The notes beneath the pieces are model-generated. The model did no database searches, was not told where the DNA came from, and saw nothing but the letters and a program-made list of their open reading frames with translations. DNA of 63,853 nucleotides, filler included, from Hausera hauseri (taxonomy: Eukaryota), in NCBI GenBank assembly GCA_046269625.1. It is 12 parts of 12 records of this genome, joined end to end, with 100 filler letters (N's around TTAATTAATTAA, not from the genome) between each part and the next. Parts side by side here need not be neighbours in the genome. Positions count along the whole stretch, not along the records: positions 48,122 to 53,595 come from JBJURY010246738.1; positions 53,696 to 59,479 come from JBJURY010190194.1; positions 59,580 to 63,853 come from JBJURY010663996.1; 9 more parts are not named here. The stretch is one strand, 5' to 3'. The translations under genes and the position numbers were made by a program. Positions 51,236 to 63,853 of the stretch are shown here, piece after piece (positions within the stretch are counted from its first letter, which is position 1; each line of letters starts with the position of its first letter).

Positions 51236-52141
51236 TCAATCGACCAGCCGTCGCTGTATTGCGGCCAGATCGATGGACGCTACGTTCCAATGCTCCATTT
51301 CAGTGACGTTAATAGCACCAAGTTCTGTCAAGAGGGATCTCATATCATTGCCATTGACAAACCATACAACATTCGTTACGGAATTGTCGTACACAATTGC
51401 AATGGAATGTCGCAGAATGGCAGTTGTGAGAATGCCGATGTGTCCAAGGAAATCCGAGAAAACGATCGAAGAGCCGTGCCAACTGTTATATGACTGTTGA
51501 ACAACGAATGAACACTCTCGTTCATCATTCACCACCAGCATTAGTCAGCTGATGCCTTTCGGTCTGTGTCTGACGACGAGACGGACGTTGACATCAGCGT
51601 CAATTGAGTCATTACAATGTACAACAGACGCATTCCGCACGCAATCGGCCCCAAACAACTCGTACATATTTAATCCGTTGTTGGACATAGTTAAATTGAC
51701 AAACCCAAATCCGGTGTACATTTTATCGAGACCCACAATGGAATTTTGGAATACTAATTTGACGAAATTGGCTCCATTGGTCACGGCACGATGGTAAAGT
51801 GCATCCATCAATTTCCTGCCGAGTCCTTTTCCTCTTAGTGACGGCAGCACGAAAAAATCATCAATAAAGTAACCAAACCCATGTAATTGCGAATATTCAT
51901 ACATGTACAGCAAATAACCAACTGGCCGCGATTCTTCTGCCAATTGATCCAACAGAATTAGACAATGAAAGGAATTTGCTTTGAATGATTCCAACATCAA
52001 TTGTTCAGTCATCAGAAAGTACTGATTCATATCCTCATGGTACTGGACAAGTCTTCTTGTGAAATCAAATACCGTTAAAATATCAGCTTCAGTAGCCGAT
52101 CTAATTGAATACATACTGTTAGTAGATCGGGTATCCACCAT
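51236..52141 (-). CDS. Diamine/spermidine N-acetyltransferase (SAT-like GNAT); second degenerate GNAT domain in frame after TGA at 51545-51547
   Basis: IRSAT..D, VGYLLY, FIDDFFVLPSLRGKGLG acetyl-CoA motif; second half has YNSWHG..FSDF and LGAINVTEMEHW; intronless. Confidence 0.85.
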
Positions 52142-53754
52142 CCCTTACCTCAACCTCACTTAATGATTGTAAGATAAAATTATCCATAAGAGATTTATTA
52201 TAAAAGTTTATATAACACTTGTCTCCGTTCACTCCGGAAATGAACCTTATTTCCATTCTTTTCTAAATTTCCTGAATTTCTGTAGGCTGTTTTTGAATTA
52301 ACTTTGAATTAAATCTAAACATTAATACCCCTTTCAATTCCTCTTCACACACAATTTTGAAATATGATTAAATGGTGTATTGAAATAAATGATAAATTTT
52401 ATTATACATTCAGATATATTCAGTACACGATTGTGTGAATATGACAAGTTTCATAACCGAACATATTAATTAAATGTTAATATTATTCACATTATTTAAA
52501 TACTGTATCAAGAGAGTTTCAAAAAATCAGAATGAAATTAATATTTCATCAATATCTGGGTTTTATAACGAGAGCTTATATTTCCCAAAGATGCACCGAA
52601 TAAGCGAAGTACATAAATAAAATTTGCGTATATTTTAGAATAAATTTGGTTTACCATTTGTAACTATACAAAATCCGGACGCTTGTGACGGCCTGTCGGG
52701 CAAATAACAAATGTTGGCTGATATGACAATTTTTAGTCGGTTTTACTATGCAATCATGCTTGTGAATATGATTTGTTGTATATTCATTCCTTTCGAAAAT
52801 TATACTATATAAATGAAAATTTTAACAATAAATATTTTCTGTCATTTTGTTACAAAGTATCAAAAATTTATTTAACTTTTATATTAATATTATTGCTATT
52901 AAAAAGTAGTATAAACTTTATTAGGAAAACTTTAGACAGTATATTTCTTTAGCTTATTTTACTTTAAAATATTAACGATTATTAATTTCAATTCAAATCG
53001 AATTGAAGTAGCACATGTTTGCTTAAATCACGCAATCATTTTTTTATTTTCAACATGATTCAATTGTAGTTTTTCTTGATTATGGATATGTAAAATATTT
53101 CACATGACACATACAAGGGATAACATAATTTTTTACACAAACATGAAAAGCACTCGGGAAAGGCAAAACTGCTTCTGTTCGTTGAAATGAAGTTTAAATA
53201 TTCATTTAGACATTGTCACGTTTAAATTTTATCAGTTCCTAAAGAAATCATCAATTTCGCTCCTAAGAAAACCTCCGATTCCTGTTATTTCAAGGTTAGA
53301 ACTTATTGGGAAAAGCCATGACATCTTCTAGCGACCAAACGCAAACAGTTAATTTCTGCCTTTAGCAAACCGTGTATAAAAATTGCTTCCATGATTCTAT
53401 CTAATTTCCATGGAAACCTCTAATAGCCGCATTAATAGCGACTGATAATGGGGTTTTTCTGGTTTCTCCTGTCAGAGATTTCTAAAAGTACAAAGTAAAT
53501 GAGAAATTTCAAAGTGAGTTGGAAATCTTCAATCACGTTTCTCTGTATCCTCACCACTCAGCAGCTAGATCAGGGTTATCTGCTGATCAGATGCGNNNNN
53601 NNNNNNNNNNNNNNNNNNNNNNNNNNNNNNNNNNNNNNNTTAATTAATTAANNNNNNNNNNNNNNNNNNNNNNNNNNNNNNNNNNNNNNNNNNNNTTACG
53701 AACACACAAACAGTAAGCAATAACACCTGATAACAATACACCGAAATAATATTT

Positions 53755-54100
53755 TTTAAATTCATACATGTATTTGTAACATAAGCCACCATAAACAGGA
53801 ATGTCCACATAATACTGTCAATGGATGTTAATAATAAAGTCTGTTATATTCAACATGGTGATGTGACTGCCTTTAAATTTGAAAAACTAACGATGCGGGA
53901 TAGTAAAATCCGAGGGGGTCGAATACACTAACGACGGTCGGATGTACGTATACAGCAATCCAATGTTCACCAGGTAACCATGACGTGTGTGCATTGACAA
54001 TAAAACCACCACACCACCAGTTTGTCGTAAATCACGCGGCACACAGTCCAGTGGAGCTTAGTTGAGCTAAACGTAAATATGATTTAAGCAAAGGTTTATT
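53755..54100 (-). pseudogene. Polinton adenain-like cysteine protease remnant
   Basis: IVNAHTSWLPGEHWIAV..FDPLGF catalytic His/Asp motif. Confidence 0.8.
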
Positions 54101-54104
54101 TATA

Positions 54105-55106
54105 CAACGACGGTTCCATTTTTTGTTTCAGCATCAAATACACCGTAATTGTACATCGCGGGAGACTGTTACAGAGCTTTGGCAAAGTGAACCTCTAATC
54201 TCAGGTTTCCTTGTTGAGGTAGTTGAGCCTGTTCAACGTCATAATCCGGAGCCAGGACAAAAGTAAAGAATGGATATGCGGATTTGAACAAATCTATCCC
54301 TATGCTATTGTTGAGATTTTTGTACAGCAAACTAATGTTATGTACAATAGATTGCATATATGTGCAAACATAATCATCGGTCTCGAAATTTTGCTTATAC
54401 GCCTGTTTTTTGAGTAGTCGTTTGAAATGTAAGGAGCATAAATTTTGGCAATCGCATATCGCCAAACAGCACGTCCTCATAGAACGATGTCGAACCTTTG
54501 AGTATGGTGTAAAACACGAGTTGTGTTTGTTGCAATGAATAACAGGCATATTGTGTTTCCAAGTACAATCGATGTCCCATGAGCACAGATGGCTCTACCT
54601 TTACATGACGAACATATAATCGTGCCTCGTTATTTTCCAGTATGGGTTTGAAATTTTTAACTACAGTTTTCAAGAAAAATTCATTGTCTTTGCGTTTTAA
54701 CCGAATAATACCTTTAACACCGGATATTAGGTATTTCGGCTGATCAAAAAAAGTCAAAATACAGCCGTTTGCACATTGTGAATGCTTTTGATTCTGCCAC
54801 CCATGTCTGTCAGTGTGTTGCTGTGGCATCGTATCCAATAACTTTCGTCAAATGAGTAGTTTTCGTGCCTGTACTATAATTCAACGCTGTTTTAATCAGA
54901 GCCTTGGTAATATACAGACTGGTATTGCGTTCAATTTTAACACTATTCAGAGTCATTGAAGCTTCCTGGAACAGAGTGAGGAAAAGGTAATTGGCTGGTG
55001 TGACAATATCTAGTGCGGCTAGAACCTTTGATGCATCCTTTTTAATAATAACTTTTACATACGGAAGCGTATAGTTCAAATCCAAATATTCACTGTGCAA
55101 TGCCAT
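54105..55106 (-). pseudogene. Polinton major capsid protein (double jelly-roll, PY), frameshifted
   Basis: EYLDL, N.LF.TLF, FDQPKYL..GV..IRLKR, LYVRHV, F.LAPD, GNLRLEVHFAKAL. Confidence 0.88.
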
Positions 55107-55518
55107 TACTTTGAAATGAATGTCAATGTTGTTGTCCGTCGAAAGAGAATCAACGGACTAGATTTCTCCAAATGCAGAATTGTCAATAACGACTTTTGAC
55201 TTGGCTTTGTCAAACATATACGTCGTTTTCTCAAGCCACTGTCAGTGAATTGTTTTCTGATTGTTTCAACGACTCCCGGTGCAGCGCTCTTTATTTCGGC
55301 CAACGTGTGTTCCTTTAACAATGGTAGAATCGATTTCTTTTCATGTAGCAATAATTTGCTGTTTCTACCGCAACGGCTCCAATACATTTCAACATTGGAA
55401 ATGCTAAACGTGCCAATGTACACAACCATCGAGGACCATACTGTTTAAAAACGAAATACGGCAGTTCACCGACCTGCTGAGGTTTACTATAAATGGAAAC
55501 AAGCTCAGAAACAATCAT
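55106..55518 (-). pseudogene. Polinton small core-like gene (PW-type)
   Basis: Y..QQVG.LPYF..QYG..LARLAFP.LK..G..A; basic tail GLRKRR; lies between penton-like gene and MCP. Confidence 0.6.
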
Positions 55519-56570
55519 ATTTTTGACGGAAATGAAAAGTTAAACTGGTTTTGGTACCGCACGGAAATTCAATAAAGTGGCCTGCGTCACATTTGATATT
55601 CACTTCAACATTATTTATAGATGTAGATGTCACGGATAGGTACAATGGATTATCGAGCTTGACAGTGACATTATCACCAGCAGTGTATCGGTTACTTTCC
55701 GGATAAATTGCACGGAGTAGCGGTACACGTACTTCATCGACCAAAATCGGTTCGGTGACGTTCGTTTAAATGTAAATTTCACGTAGTCAGTTTTTCAGTT
55801 TGGTTTAAGTATCGCAACATGTGTCTTATTCGTTTCAAACCGCTATTTTTCAAAACCCAATACCATGGCCAAAGCTTTATCCAACGAAATTTCGACCACA
55901 TCCTTGTGAAGTTTGAATGTGATGTAGCCATTTGTATCTGACGTTAAAGCTTAAATATGTATTGGTACTTTTTAGCGGCAAAATGTCGAACAAGATCCTC
56001 TACAGATTCACAAAAGATATAATTGCCAATTTCATTAGATGTATCATGCACAGGTGATATATATTCGCCACTAAAAATAATGTCCACATATGTTCCTAGG
56101 TATGTCCTTTGTACTATGGCTTCATCAGCAACGATGATTTTACCTTTGATTTCTGCAGTTTTGAATCCAAATTTTTTCGTCACTTAAATGGAATTGGAGC
56201 GGACAGAAAATTCACTTTTGTAATCAACTTGTACTTTTCCATTTTTAACATAACACAAATTTTGTCTTCCTTTGAACTCATATTGAAGTCGGTCATACAA
56301 ACTAAAAAGGTTTTGGCTCAAAATTTATTATGTTCAAATAGTAGTTGACATAATTCATTTGCTCTGACCTGGTGAGTCATGCGGTAAGCTATGTTCATAT
56401 TGCCTTTCAATGTCACCGGCGCATAGTGAAAGTTAAATTCCGTTAATGCAGCCTCCCATTATCCGAATAAATATATCGATTGTCCCAATCTACAACGTGT
56501 TTATTGGCTGAATTGTTCGAACGAGTTGCAGGACAACTGTTGCTCGGTGAAATCATGTAAAGACTCATAT
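55505..56570 (-). pseudogene. Polinton minor capsid/penton (PX) copy 1
   Basis: Y..PSNS..NS, WEAALTE, IY..T.V.EP.LV..V..PLLR, PLYL.V..I..V.V.I..D.G..I.F..T.LTFHFR. Confidence 0.82.
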
Positions 56571-56589
56571 TCGCATTGATTATGATGGC

Positions 56590-57570
56590 GTAATTTGTTT
56601 ATTATCCACGTCAAAAATGTCGCGACAAATGTGTCGTTGACCCGAACAGAAATTTAATGGGTTTCCAAAATTCACCTAGTACATACACCAAAATACTGTC
56701 AACAACATTGTGAGATAATGATAAATACATTGGCCGGATGATATTAACGTAAGCAGTTTCGCCGGGTGTTTTGTATGTGTCAGAATCCAGTGTAATAGAA
56801 GCCAACAGTTGCTTTTGTTCCCCACCAACATAGATTCGGTCAGATCCGTTAAAATGTTGATTTGGTGAAATGCTAATAGAGTCGTGGTTTGTATTCAGCG
56901 ACAATAGCTCGACCGCCGCCGGTTTGACCGAATTCAAGTTACGTAAAACCCAGATTCCGTTCCAGTAGTTTATCAAAGGCAAAATATGTAACATTATCAT
57001 GTACTACAAACAAAATACGACCATCGGCGTTTAACTGAATTGTCTTTATAGTCAATTTAGCCACTTCCTTGATGGATACACATAATTCCGCTTCCGATTC
57101 CAACGGTAAACCATATCCTGTAGTATGCTAATAAAAGGTTGATTTTGTCATTTTCCAGTTTACCGTATTATCGGTTTTCATCGGTTTTGAATAGTTCACC
57201 TAGCTGCGAACCTTTTGGATGTACATTGACAGATTGAAAACTCCATGCTTCAGCATCTACTACTGATTTAAATTGCAGTTCAATTGCATATTGGTGTTTT
57301 AGAAATAAACGATTGTTTAAATAAAAAATATAAATTGGGAAATATTGTCGCGTATAATTGCGAACAAGAAATGTTTGCTTAGAGTCTCGAATTAATTGCA
57401 AACGACTTGAAGCAGGAGATTTTCCCAATAGAGGAAAGTAAATACCACTGTTCTCACTTATTTACATTGGTGAAAATGTAAATGTGAATTCCATCAGATC
57501 TACTTCCCGTGCTCCTTGGCGTAAATCGAGCGGCTGATCCAAGTATACGATAAATCGTTCAGCCATATCG
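56590..57570 (-). pseudogene. Polinton minor capsid/penton-like copy 2
   Basis: F.VYLDQPLDL..EV.LME, IYVGG..KQLLA, PMYL.L..VDSI.V...G..KPI.F..G.T..HF. Confidence 0.7.
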
Positions 57571-57609
57571 TTGTCGTTGTTGTCATGTTGTGACAATGAT
57601 CTGTTACTG

Positions 57610-58635
57610 TCAAGTACCACGTAAATGCTCATTCAGTCTGCGATGCAAATATCCAACTCGGTGTAATGTATCTATGTCACTTGACGAGACATTGTTTATT
57701 TGAACCTTTGCCGCGTGAACGTATAATTTCTTGAATACGATGTACGTCAGGTTTTCCAGGCAACACCTGCAGTTCCAATTCGCAGCATTTACCACATATT
57801 TTTTCACCGGTTTCATCATCTTCTAAAACGTTCATGACATGTGTTTGTTTTGTGTTGTTTTCTGAAATTCGAAAAAACTCATCGTTCCACTTCTGATTGA
57901 AATTTTAGATGTATGGTCTTGATCTCAATTTCGAAATACGCACATAATCATCAATTTTATATTTGAGGTGTTTACTTGCCTGTCGTTAGTGGTTTTTCTA
58001 AAGTCGCATGTTCAAATAATCAGTTACATTGACCGGTCGTAATCTGTTGATTACGCGATGTGTCGAATAATTGTATATGCATTAATACTATCCGACAGTA
58101 CATCTACCCAGCGTTTATCGCCTTGATTAATAAAGAATGTTTTAGGCGACTACGTAGGATTCGATTAAATCGTTTAACGAGTGCAGCCTGGTATTGAAAA
58201 AATACGGAATAGTGGTGTACAACAAACCGGTTCAAGACCGATGCGACATGGAAGTCGTAGAATTTTTTAACCAAATCCGTTTCTACATGCTTCGGTTGTT
58301 GTTGGTTTGATAATGTATGAAGACCGTCGGCAATTTCCCTACCGGATTTTGCTTTGACGGCAATTTCACGTGCAAAACGACTAAACACATAAATACACGT
58401 CAGAACGCTAGCGTACGGGATCATTTTCATCCGATCCATTCGCCATACGTTGTTTACGACTGTAGCACGGTATGCAAGAGTTGGAAACCGTTTTCTTCTC
58501 GTTTTGTTCAGGCTGTATGCTAACTGTTTCCCGAACCACTGTTGGGTTTGTCGGTGATTCTGTTTTACATTCTCTGTTAGTTTGTCGACGTCAGTATACC
58601 CAGCGGAAGTACGCGAATCTAACCATACGTCCATT
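57610..58635 (-). pseudogene. Polinton retroviral-like (rve) integrase
   Basis: Y.L.K..R..F, W.MD, VFSRFA, TD..K.F, A.V.RFNR.L motifs. Confidence 0.88.
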
Positions 58636-58778
58636 GTTATCGGTGTTGTTGATGTCGTTTTTGTTTGAATTGCAGAAATTACAACTAAACAATAAAAGAT
58701 TCGGTAAAGTGGGACAAAATGATGAAAACCATGCATCCATACCTCCAAAACAACATATACTTACATTCTTTGTTTATA

Positions 58779-59095
58779 CTAAACTACTATTGCACCAATG
58801 ACACCACCGAGTAATGACACGACAACCAGTAGAATTGCTCCAATGAATCCTCCATCTTGTTGGTATATGACCGCTCGTTTCAGTCGTTTACTACAAGAGT
58901 TAGCAAGACCAATGAGTTGTTTTAGATTCTTTATTAAATTCCGCTTTCCACTACCAAAGATGATGTCAAAAGCCCAATTTGGCGTATAAATGAAGCACAG
59001 TTTAGTTATCAATAAATGTTGTTGTTGATGTTGTTGTTTTACTGTTACGAACCTAATTAACGAGTATAAATAAACGTGTTGTTTTAATATTTGCA
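58779..59095 (-). pseudogene. Polinton small protein with Q.GGF hydrophobic C-terminus
   Basis: KRLKRAVIYQQDGGFIGAILLVVVSLLGG. Confidence 0.6.
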
Positions 59096-59109
59096 TGAGA
59101 ATAATGATA

Positions 59110-59320
59110 ATGGACAATGTAAAGATTATTTTGACAGATGAAAGTGCTACTGTGCCGAGACGTGCTACGGCCAACGGTGCTGGCTACATCGTGTTGTCAA
59201 ATGTCAATACGACAATTCCAGACAGCACAATCAAATGCATAACGACTGGGATTTGATTGGCGATTCCACTCGGTTACTACAGCCAACTGATATCAAAAAG
59301 CGGACTGGCAATGGGGATTG
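59110..59320 (+). pseudogene. dUTPase N-terminal remnant
   Basis: A.VPRRAT..AGY, TGI*LAIP.GYY.QL..KSGLA (motifs I-II). Confidence 0.85.
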
Positions 59321-59579
59321 TTTTGTGTCAGTGAAACAACACGAAATAAATGGAAAGAATATGGTTTCGTTGATATGATCACCACTTAATGATCACCATT
59401 TATTTTTAATGATTGTGATAAGAATAATAATAATTAATTGTTTTTGATTTGTGTTACAAACAAAAAATGATGTAGGGGTNNNNNNNNNNNNNNNNNNNNN
59501 NNNNNNNNNNNNNNNNNNNNNNNTTAATTAATTAANNNNNNNNNNNNNNNNNNNNNNNNNNNNNNNNNNNNNNNNNNNN

Positions 59580-61135
59580 CAAGTGGGACCGAACCGCCAC
59601 AGGCCTTTCCGCTATAAATTTTAAATCAATAATATCAATATGGCGCATATACTGGCCGGTGCAGTACTTGATGTACTTTCGACCAGTGCAACACTCGACT
59701 GAGGTGTGCTCTTGGATACGGTTGCCAGGGCACTTTTCACTTTGCACATTTTTGCAGTTGTGCAGCGTAGGAGTGATGGAATTTATCGGGGTCAAGTGCT
59801 ACTGGATAGTGCACATCGAGATGCACCTTGGTATATGGTGTGCAGTGCAAAAACTTGTGTGCAAGTGTGCAAAAATCAATAATATCTAATTTCCGATATT
59901 TCCAATATTAATGATTGGGACATGTGAGTGAGTGCATTCGAACACAAACATGGTATAGTATATAAATGTACAGTTAGAATTTAAATTTATCGATTAGATA
60001 TCGATTAATACCGATCCAAATTGTAAAATTTGGCGAATTAGCATGTTTTTAGGCTGTAAGGAAGCAAAATTTAATACACCATTGAGCGAAGACAGATAGG
60101 AAATCGACTATGCCGAACTCGAATTTCGAGTTGAAAACTCGAAATTCGAATATTTTTGAGCTCGAATATTGAAGTTCGAACTATTCGAAAAATCTCACAG
60201 TGGTAATCAAATTCCCGTATATGAAAACCCCATTGAACATAAAAATTATTCCATGAAAATGTATTATATATGCACAAAATCAATATTTCGAATTAAGCAA
60301 AATGTGCATTGGAAGCCCAGTGAAGTGAAAATCGATAAATCCAATAGCGTGGCTTGATAAGAAAGTATATATGTCGAATCGGAATATGGCATCAGGTATT
60401 CGAATTAGAGCTTATAAGTCGAATACGTAGCTATTCGAACTCGAAAACTCGGTTAAGCATGCATTATTCGAAGAATTTAATGACGGAATTCGATTCCCCA
60501 TGGTCGAAGACCTATATGGCAATCAGGGTTAGTGCGCTGCAGTGCATTGCAGTTTATAAAAATAAGATTTTTTCAATATGGTAAAAGTACTTAATAAATA
60601 CTAAGTAATTCTTATATTGATTAAGTAATTGAGGTGATTTTGAAGGTGAAGCACACTGAAATCAATAAATCTTTAAGCGCACATGGATAGGAAAGTATAT
60701 GTGGCGAATCCGAATCCGATGTCAGATATTCGAATACATTATTCGAACTCAAATACTTAGCTATTCGTACTCGAATATTCGGTCCAGCATGCATTATTGG
60801 AAGAAACTGGTGGCTTTAATCGATTCCGCTTACATTTAAACCTATTCGAGTATGGCGCCACCACATATTTAAATCATTTGATGCATTAAAACAAACGCAT
60901 GATGTTGACAATACAACATATTGGAAACAATATGCAATGTCAAATTTCCCTCACCATTAAAATTATTTCCTTGCATGTGTTTTGTTTTACTGCATCAATT
61001 ATCAAAATTAGACAGTGCAAGTTGACATAGCTATATTTTTTTCATTATATCCAAATTCACTTCCGCGAATTATAAGTTTTTTATTTGTGCTCATAAAATA
61101 ATTGCTTTGTTTAGATCTGCAAACTTTACAAAGAG
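59580..61135 (+). repeat. Palindrome-rich non-coding arm upstream of pPolB
   Basis: Diverged reverse complement of 25840-27380. Confidence 0.85.
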
Positions 61136-61138
61136 TGC

Positions 61139-63853
61139 TTGGCTCCAATCCATGAGCAGGAAAATTGCCATAGTATTATGATGAAATGCTTTGGGCATAT
61201 GTTTAAAAGGGTTCAGTATTATATATGCCCTACATGTGAGGTAGTGTGCAGGACATCGTACGAGGAATTTTACAATGTCCATAAACAGCAATTGATTTCC
61301 TTCGCCAAGTCGAAAAAACAAATATTCAATACCAATATGCCAATAACATCTTTTGTGTCAAAAGAAAAACAAAGTTGCAGTTCATATGTGTATTGCACAT
61401 GTACAATTCATAACCTTGAAAACTGTCACAATACCATGAGGAGCTATTATAACCACAAATTTAATACGATCCTCTATTATATTTGCCCAGGATGTGAGAT
61501 TGTATGTGATGGAGAATACACACAGTTCTATGAAGATCACAAGCATCATTTTACTGACTTCGCACCAAAGCCCAAGAAGATCATATTTAATGAGCATAGG
61601 CCAGTTGCACAGTCCGCAGTACAGCCAGATGCAGCAATGCATCTTGCAGCAGTCCATCGAGATTCAGTATTAAAACGCCAATCAGGTCCATCAGGTCCAT
61701 CAGATGCCTCAGGCTCAACAGGCGTTGCGGCTGCGCCAAAGAGCCGAAGAGAGTGGCCAGTTGATGCTGCTGCATTAAAGAAAAAAAATCCGCAAATATG
61801 TCATTAATGCAGCTGGGCAAACAACCATCAATAAATTCCTGGAATATGCAAAGGAAGAAACAGAGGGGATCCTCCAAAACAATATGACTGAGCTCAAGGC
61901 CCTTAAGGTTAATATTAAACTTGAGACCACATACATCAATGTCGATGCTGAAGAATTAAATAGGGCCTTCAAGACCAAAAATAGGCCAATATTGAAAAAC
62001 ACAAATATAGCTGATTGGACGAATGAAGAGAATATAAGGCTGATCCGTGAAACCGATGAGAGCCAGAATAAGAAGGGTGAATGGGCTCTGGCAACCATCA
62101 AGAAACTGCTTATATATGTACACAGATATTCCCCCATGCAAGGCAGTTCATATATACAGTTTCCGGAATAAATTCGGCAGAAAAATGCTTGCATCAGTAT
62201 CCGTGATAATGACAACAAGTGCTTCATGTATGCCATTTTTATGTAAACTCGTACGGGATCAAAAACATGTAGCAAATCGAATTTGGCTATATAATGATCT
62301 CCAACACAAATACGATTTTCAGTGTATCACATTCCCTCCATCCATAGATGAAATCAAGAAGTTCAGACACATCAACAACATGCCCATCAATATCTTTGGA
62401 TTGGATGAGAAGGACAAATTCTACTCCTTGCAAATATGTTATGCTGAATTGGAAGGTCATAGGGATCTGTTCCTACTAGACGATGGCGATAAGAAACATT
62501 GTGTTTGGATAAAGAACTTTTGGCATCTAGTCAGATACCAAATAACAAAGCATAAACACGGAATGGAAATATGCAAAAGATGTTTATCCCATTTCAGCAG
62601 TAAGTTAGCTGTGGAGTAGCTGAAGGAGTACAAGATGTACTGCAACAACAATTATTGTGTAAGGCCAGAATTTTCCAAAGTGGACTATATCAAATTTAAG
62701 GAATTAGAGAAGAAGATCAAGGTACCAATTTTCGTCTATTGCGACTTTGAGGCCATTCTCAGGCCAGTTCACACATGCAGTCCCAGTCCTCAATATAGCA
62801 GTTCAACGGCATACCAATATCATGAATTATCATCGTATTGTATGTATGCCAAAGGATTGGATAGTGAACCATATCTATTCAACGGTCCAGGTGCAGCAGC
62901 ACATTTCATAAAGAGACTTCAAGACATGGCTCATAAACTTGAAAACATGCTGCAACAACATAAAGACGACATGAGCATGTCTTAGATGCAAGAAGAAGAA
63001 TGGCGCAAGGCAACATCATAATAATTGTGCGACAAGTCTTTCACCAAGGAAAATTGGAAAGTCAAGGATCACTTACATTTTACAGGTGCATATCGGGGTG
63101 AAGCATGTAAAAACTGCAATCTTCGTTGAAAAACATGCAAATATGTGCCTGTAGTATTCCATAATACCAGCGGCTATGACAGCCACTTCATAGTCCCAGA
63201 ATTAGGCAACATTGATGGCAATATAGATGTGATCCCCAATATAGAGGAGAAATATATCACTTTCACTAAGCATGTTGGTAAAATACGACTTCGCTTCATC
63301 GATAGTTTACGATTCATTTCGTCTTCACTTGAAATTTTAGTGAAAAACCTGTCTGTCGAAGAACTCAAGGAAATGAAGCGATTCTTTCTGGATATCTTTG
63401 GCCTGGTTAAACGGAAAGGAGTGTTTCTCTATGACTATATAACATCATGGGAAACACTGGATGAGTCCTCATTACCGACCAAGGATGGTTTTACAGCCAG
63501 TTGTCGGACTGTGGCATCAGTATTGAGGACTACCAGCATGCTCAGAACGTTTGGCGGGCATTCTAATGCAGAACATTAGGGGAATATAGTGATATATATC
63601 TCCAAACCGATGTGCTGCTACTGACAGATGTCTTTGAAAGTTTCAGGGATGTCACAATGAAGAGCCATACTTTGGATCCAGATCATTTCTTCACGGCTCC
63701 AGGGATGAGCTAGGCAGCAATGCTCGCAATACCGGTATCAGGCTGCAAATCATTAAGGATTACGATATGATCCTTATGATTGACAGAGGCATTAGAGGGG
63801 AATATTCCAAGCCATTCACAAGGCCAATAACAAGTATATGGCTGAATACGACT
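61139..63853 (+). pseudogene. Polinton pPolB with N-terminal duplicated CPxC motifs and EndoVII-like insert; decayed and truncated by window end
   Basis: GSSYI.FP, DNKCFMYAI, INIFG, HCVWIKNF, VYCDFE, KDHLHFTGAYRG..C..CN, FHNTSGYDSH, FIDS.RF, RKGVF.Y, GIRG. Confidence 0.93.

Overview
This window is not one locus. It is 12 short contigs (about 4.3-6.2 kb each) joined by identical artificial 100-nt linkers (N44-TTAATTAATTAA-N44), so adjacency across linkers has no biological meaning. The DNA is AT-rich and metazoan: it has a netrin gene, SEC61G, EXOSC6 and GT-AG introns of about 39-45 nt, which suggests a compact invertebrate genome. Mobile elements dominate. There is a full-length decayed piggyBac with perfect TIRs and TTAA TSD, many decayed Polinton/Maverick pieces (pPolB, packaging ATPase, major capsid, two minor-capsid-like genes, protease, integrase, dUTPase, an (AGT)n terminus), a Tc1 deletion derivative, a tRNA-SINE, a hAT end and a 32-bp satellite. 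The most striking item is contig 2 (5508-10970, minus strand). Five separately called ORFs there are one reading frame of about 1,800 codons broken only by four in-frame stops. It encodes a helical region, a ubiquitin-like domain, an AT-hook, an internal signal peptide, a chuvirus-type glycoprotein, a TM anchor, PTAP and LYPxxxL ESCRT late motifs, a retropepsin and a Gypsy-type post-protease region. This reads as an enveloped retroelement with Env fused upstream of Pol. Other notable items are an LTR-element 3' end carrying a degenerate DEDDh exonuclease, a 2.4-kb mosaic of four unrelated host-gene fragments, a netrin lacking the V-2 repeat, and a tandem SAT/GNAT gene split by a TGA-CTA context. 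All protein family calls come from motif recognition by eye, not database searches, and boundaries of decayed genes are approximate.
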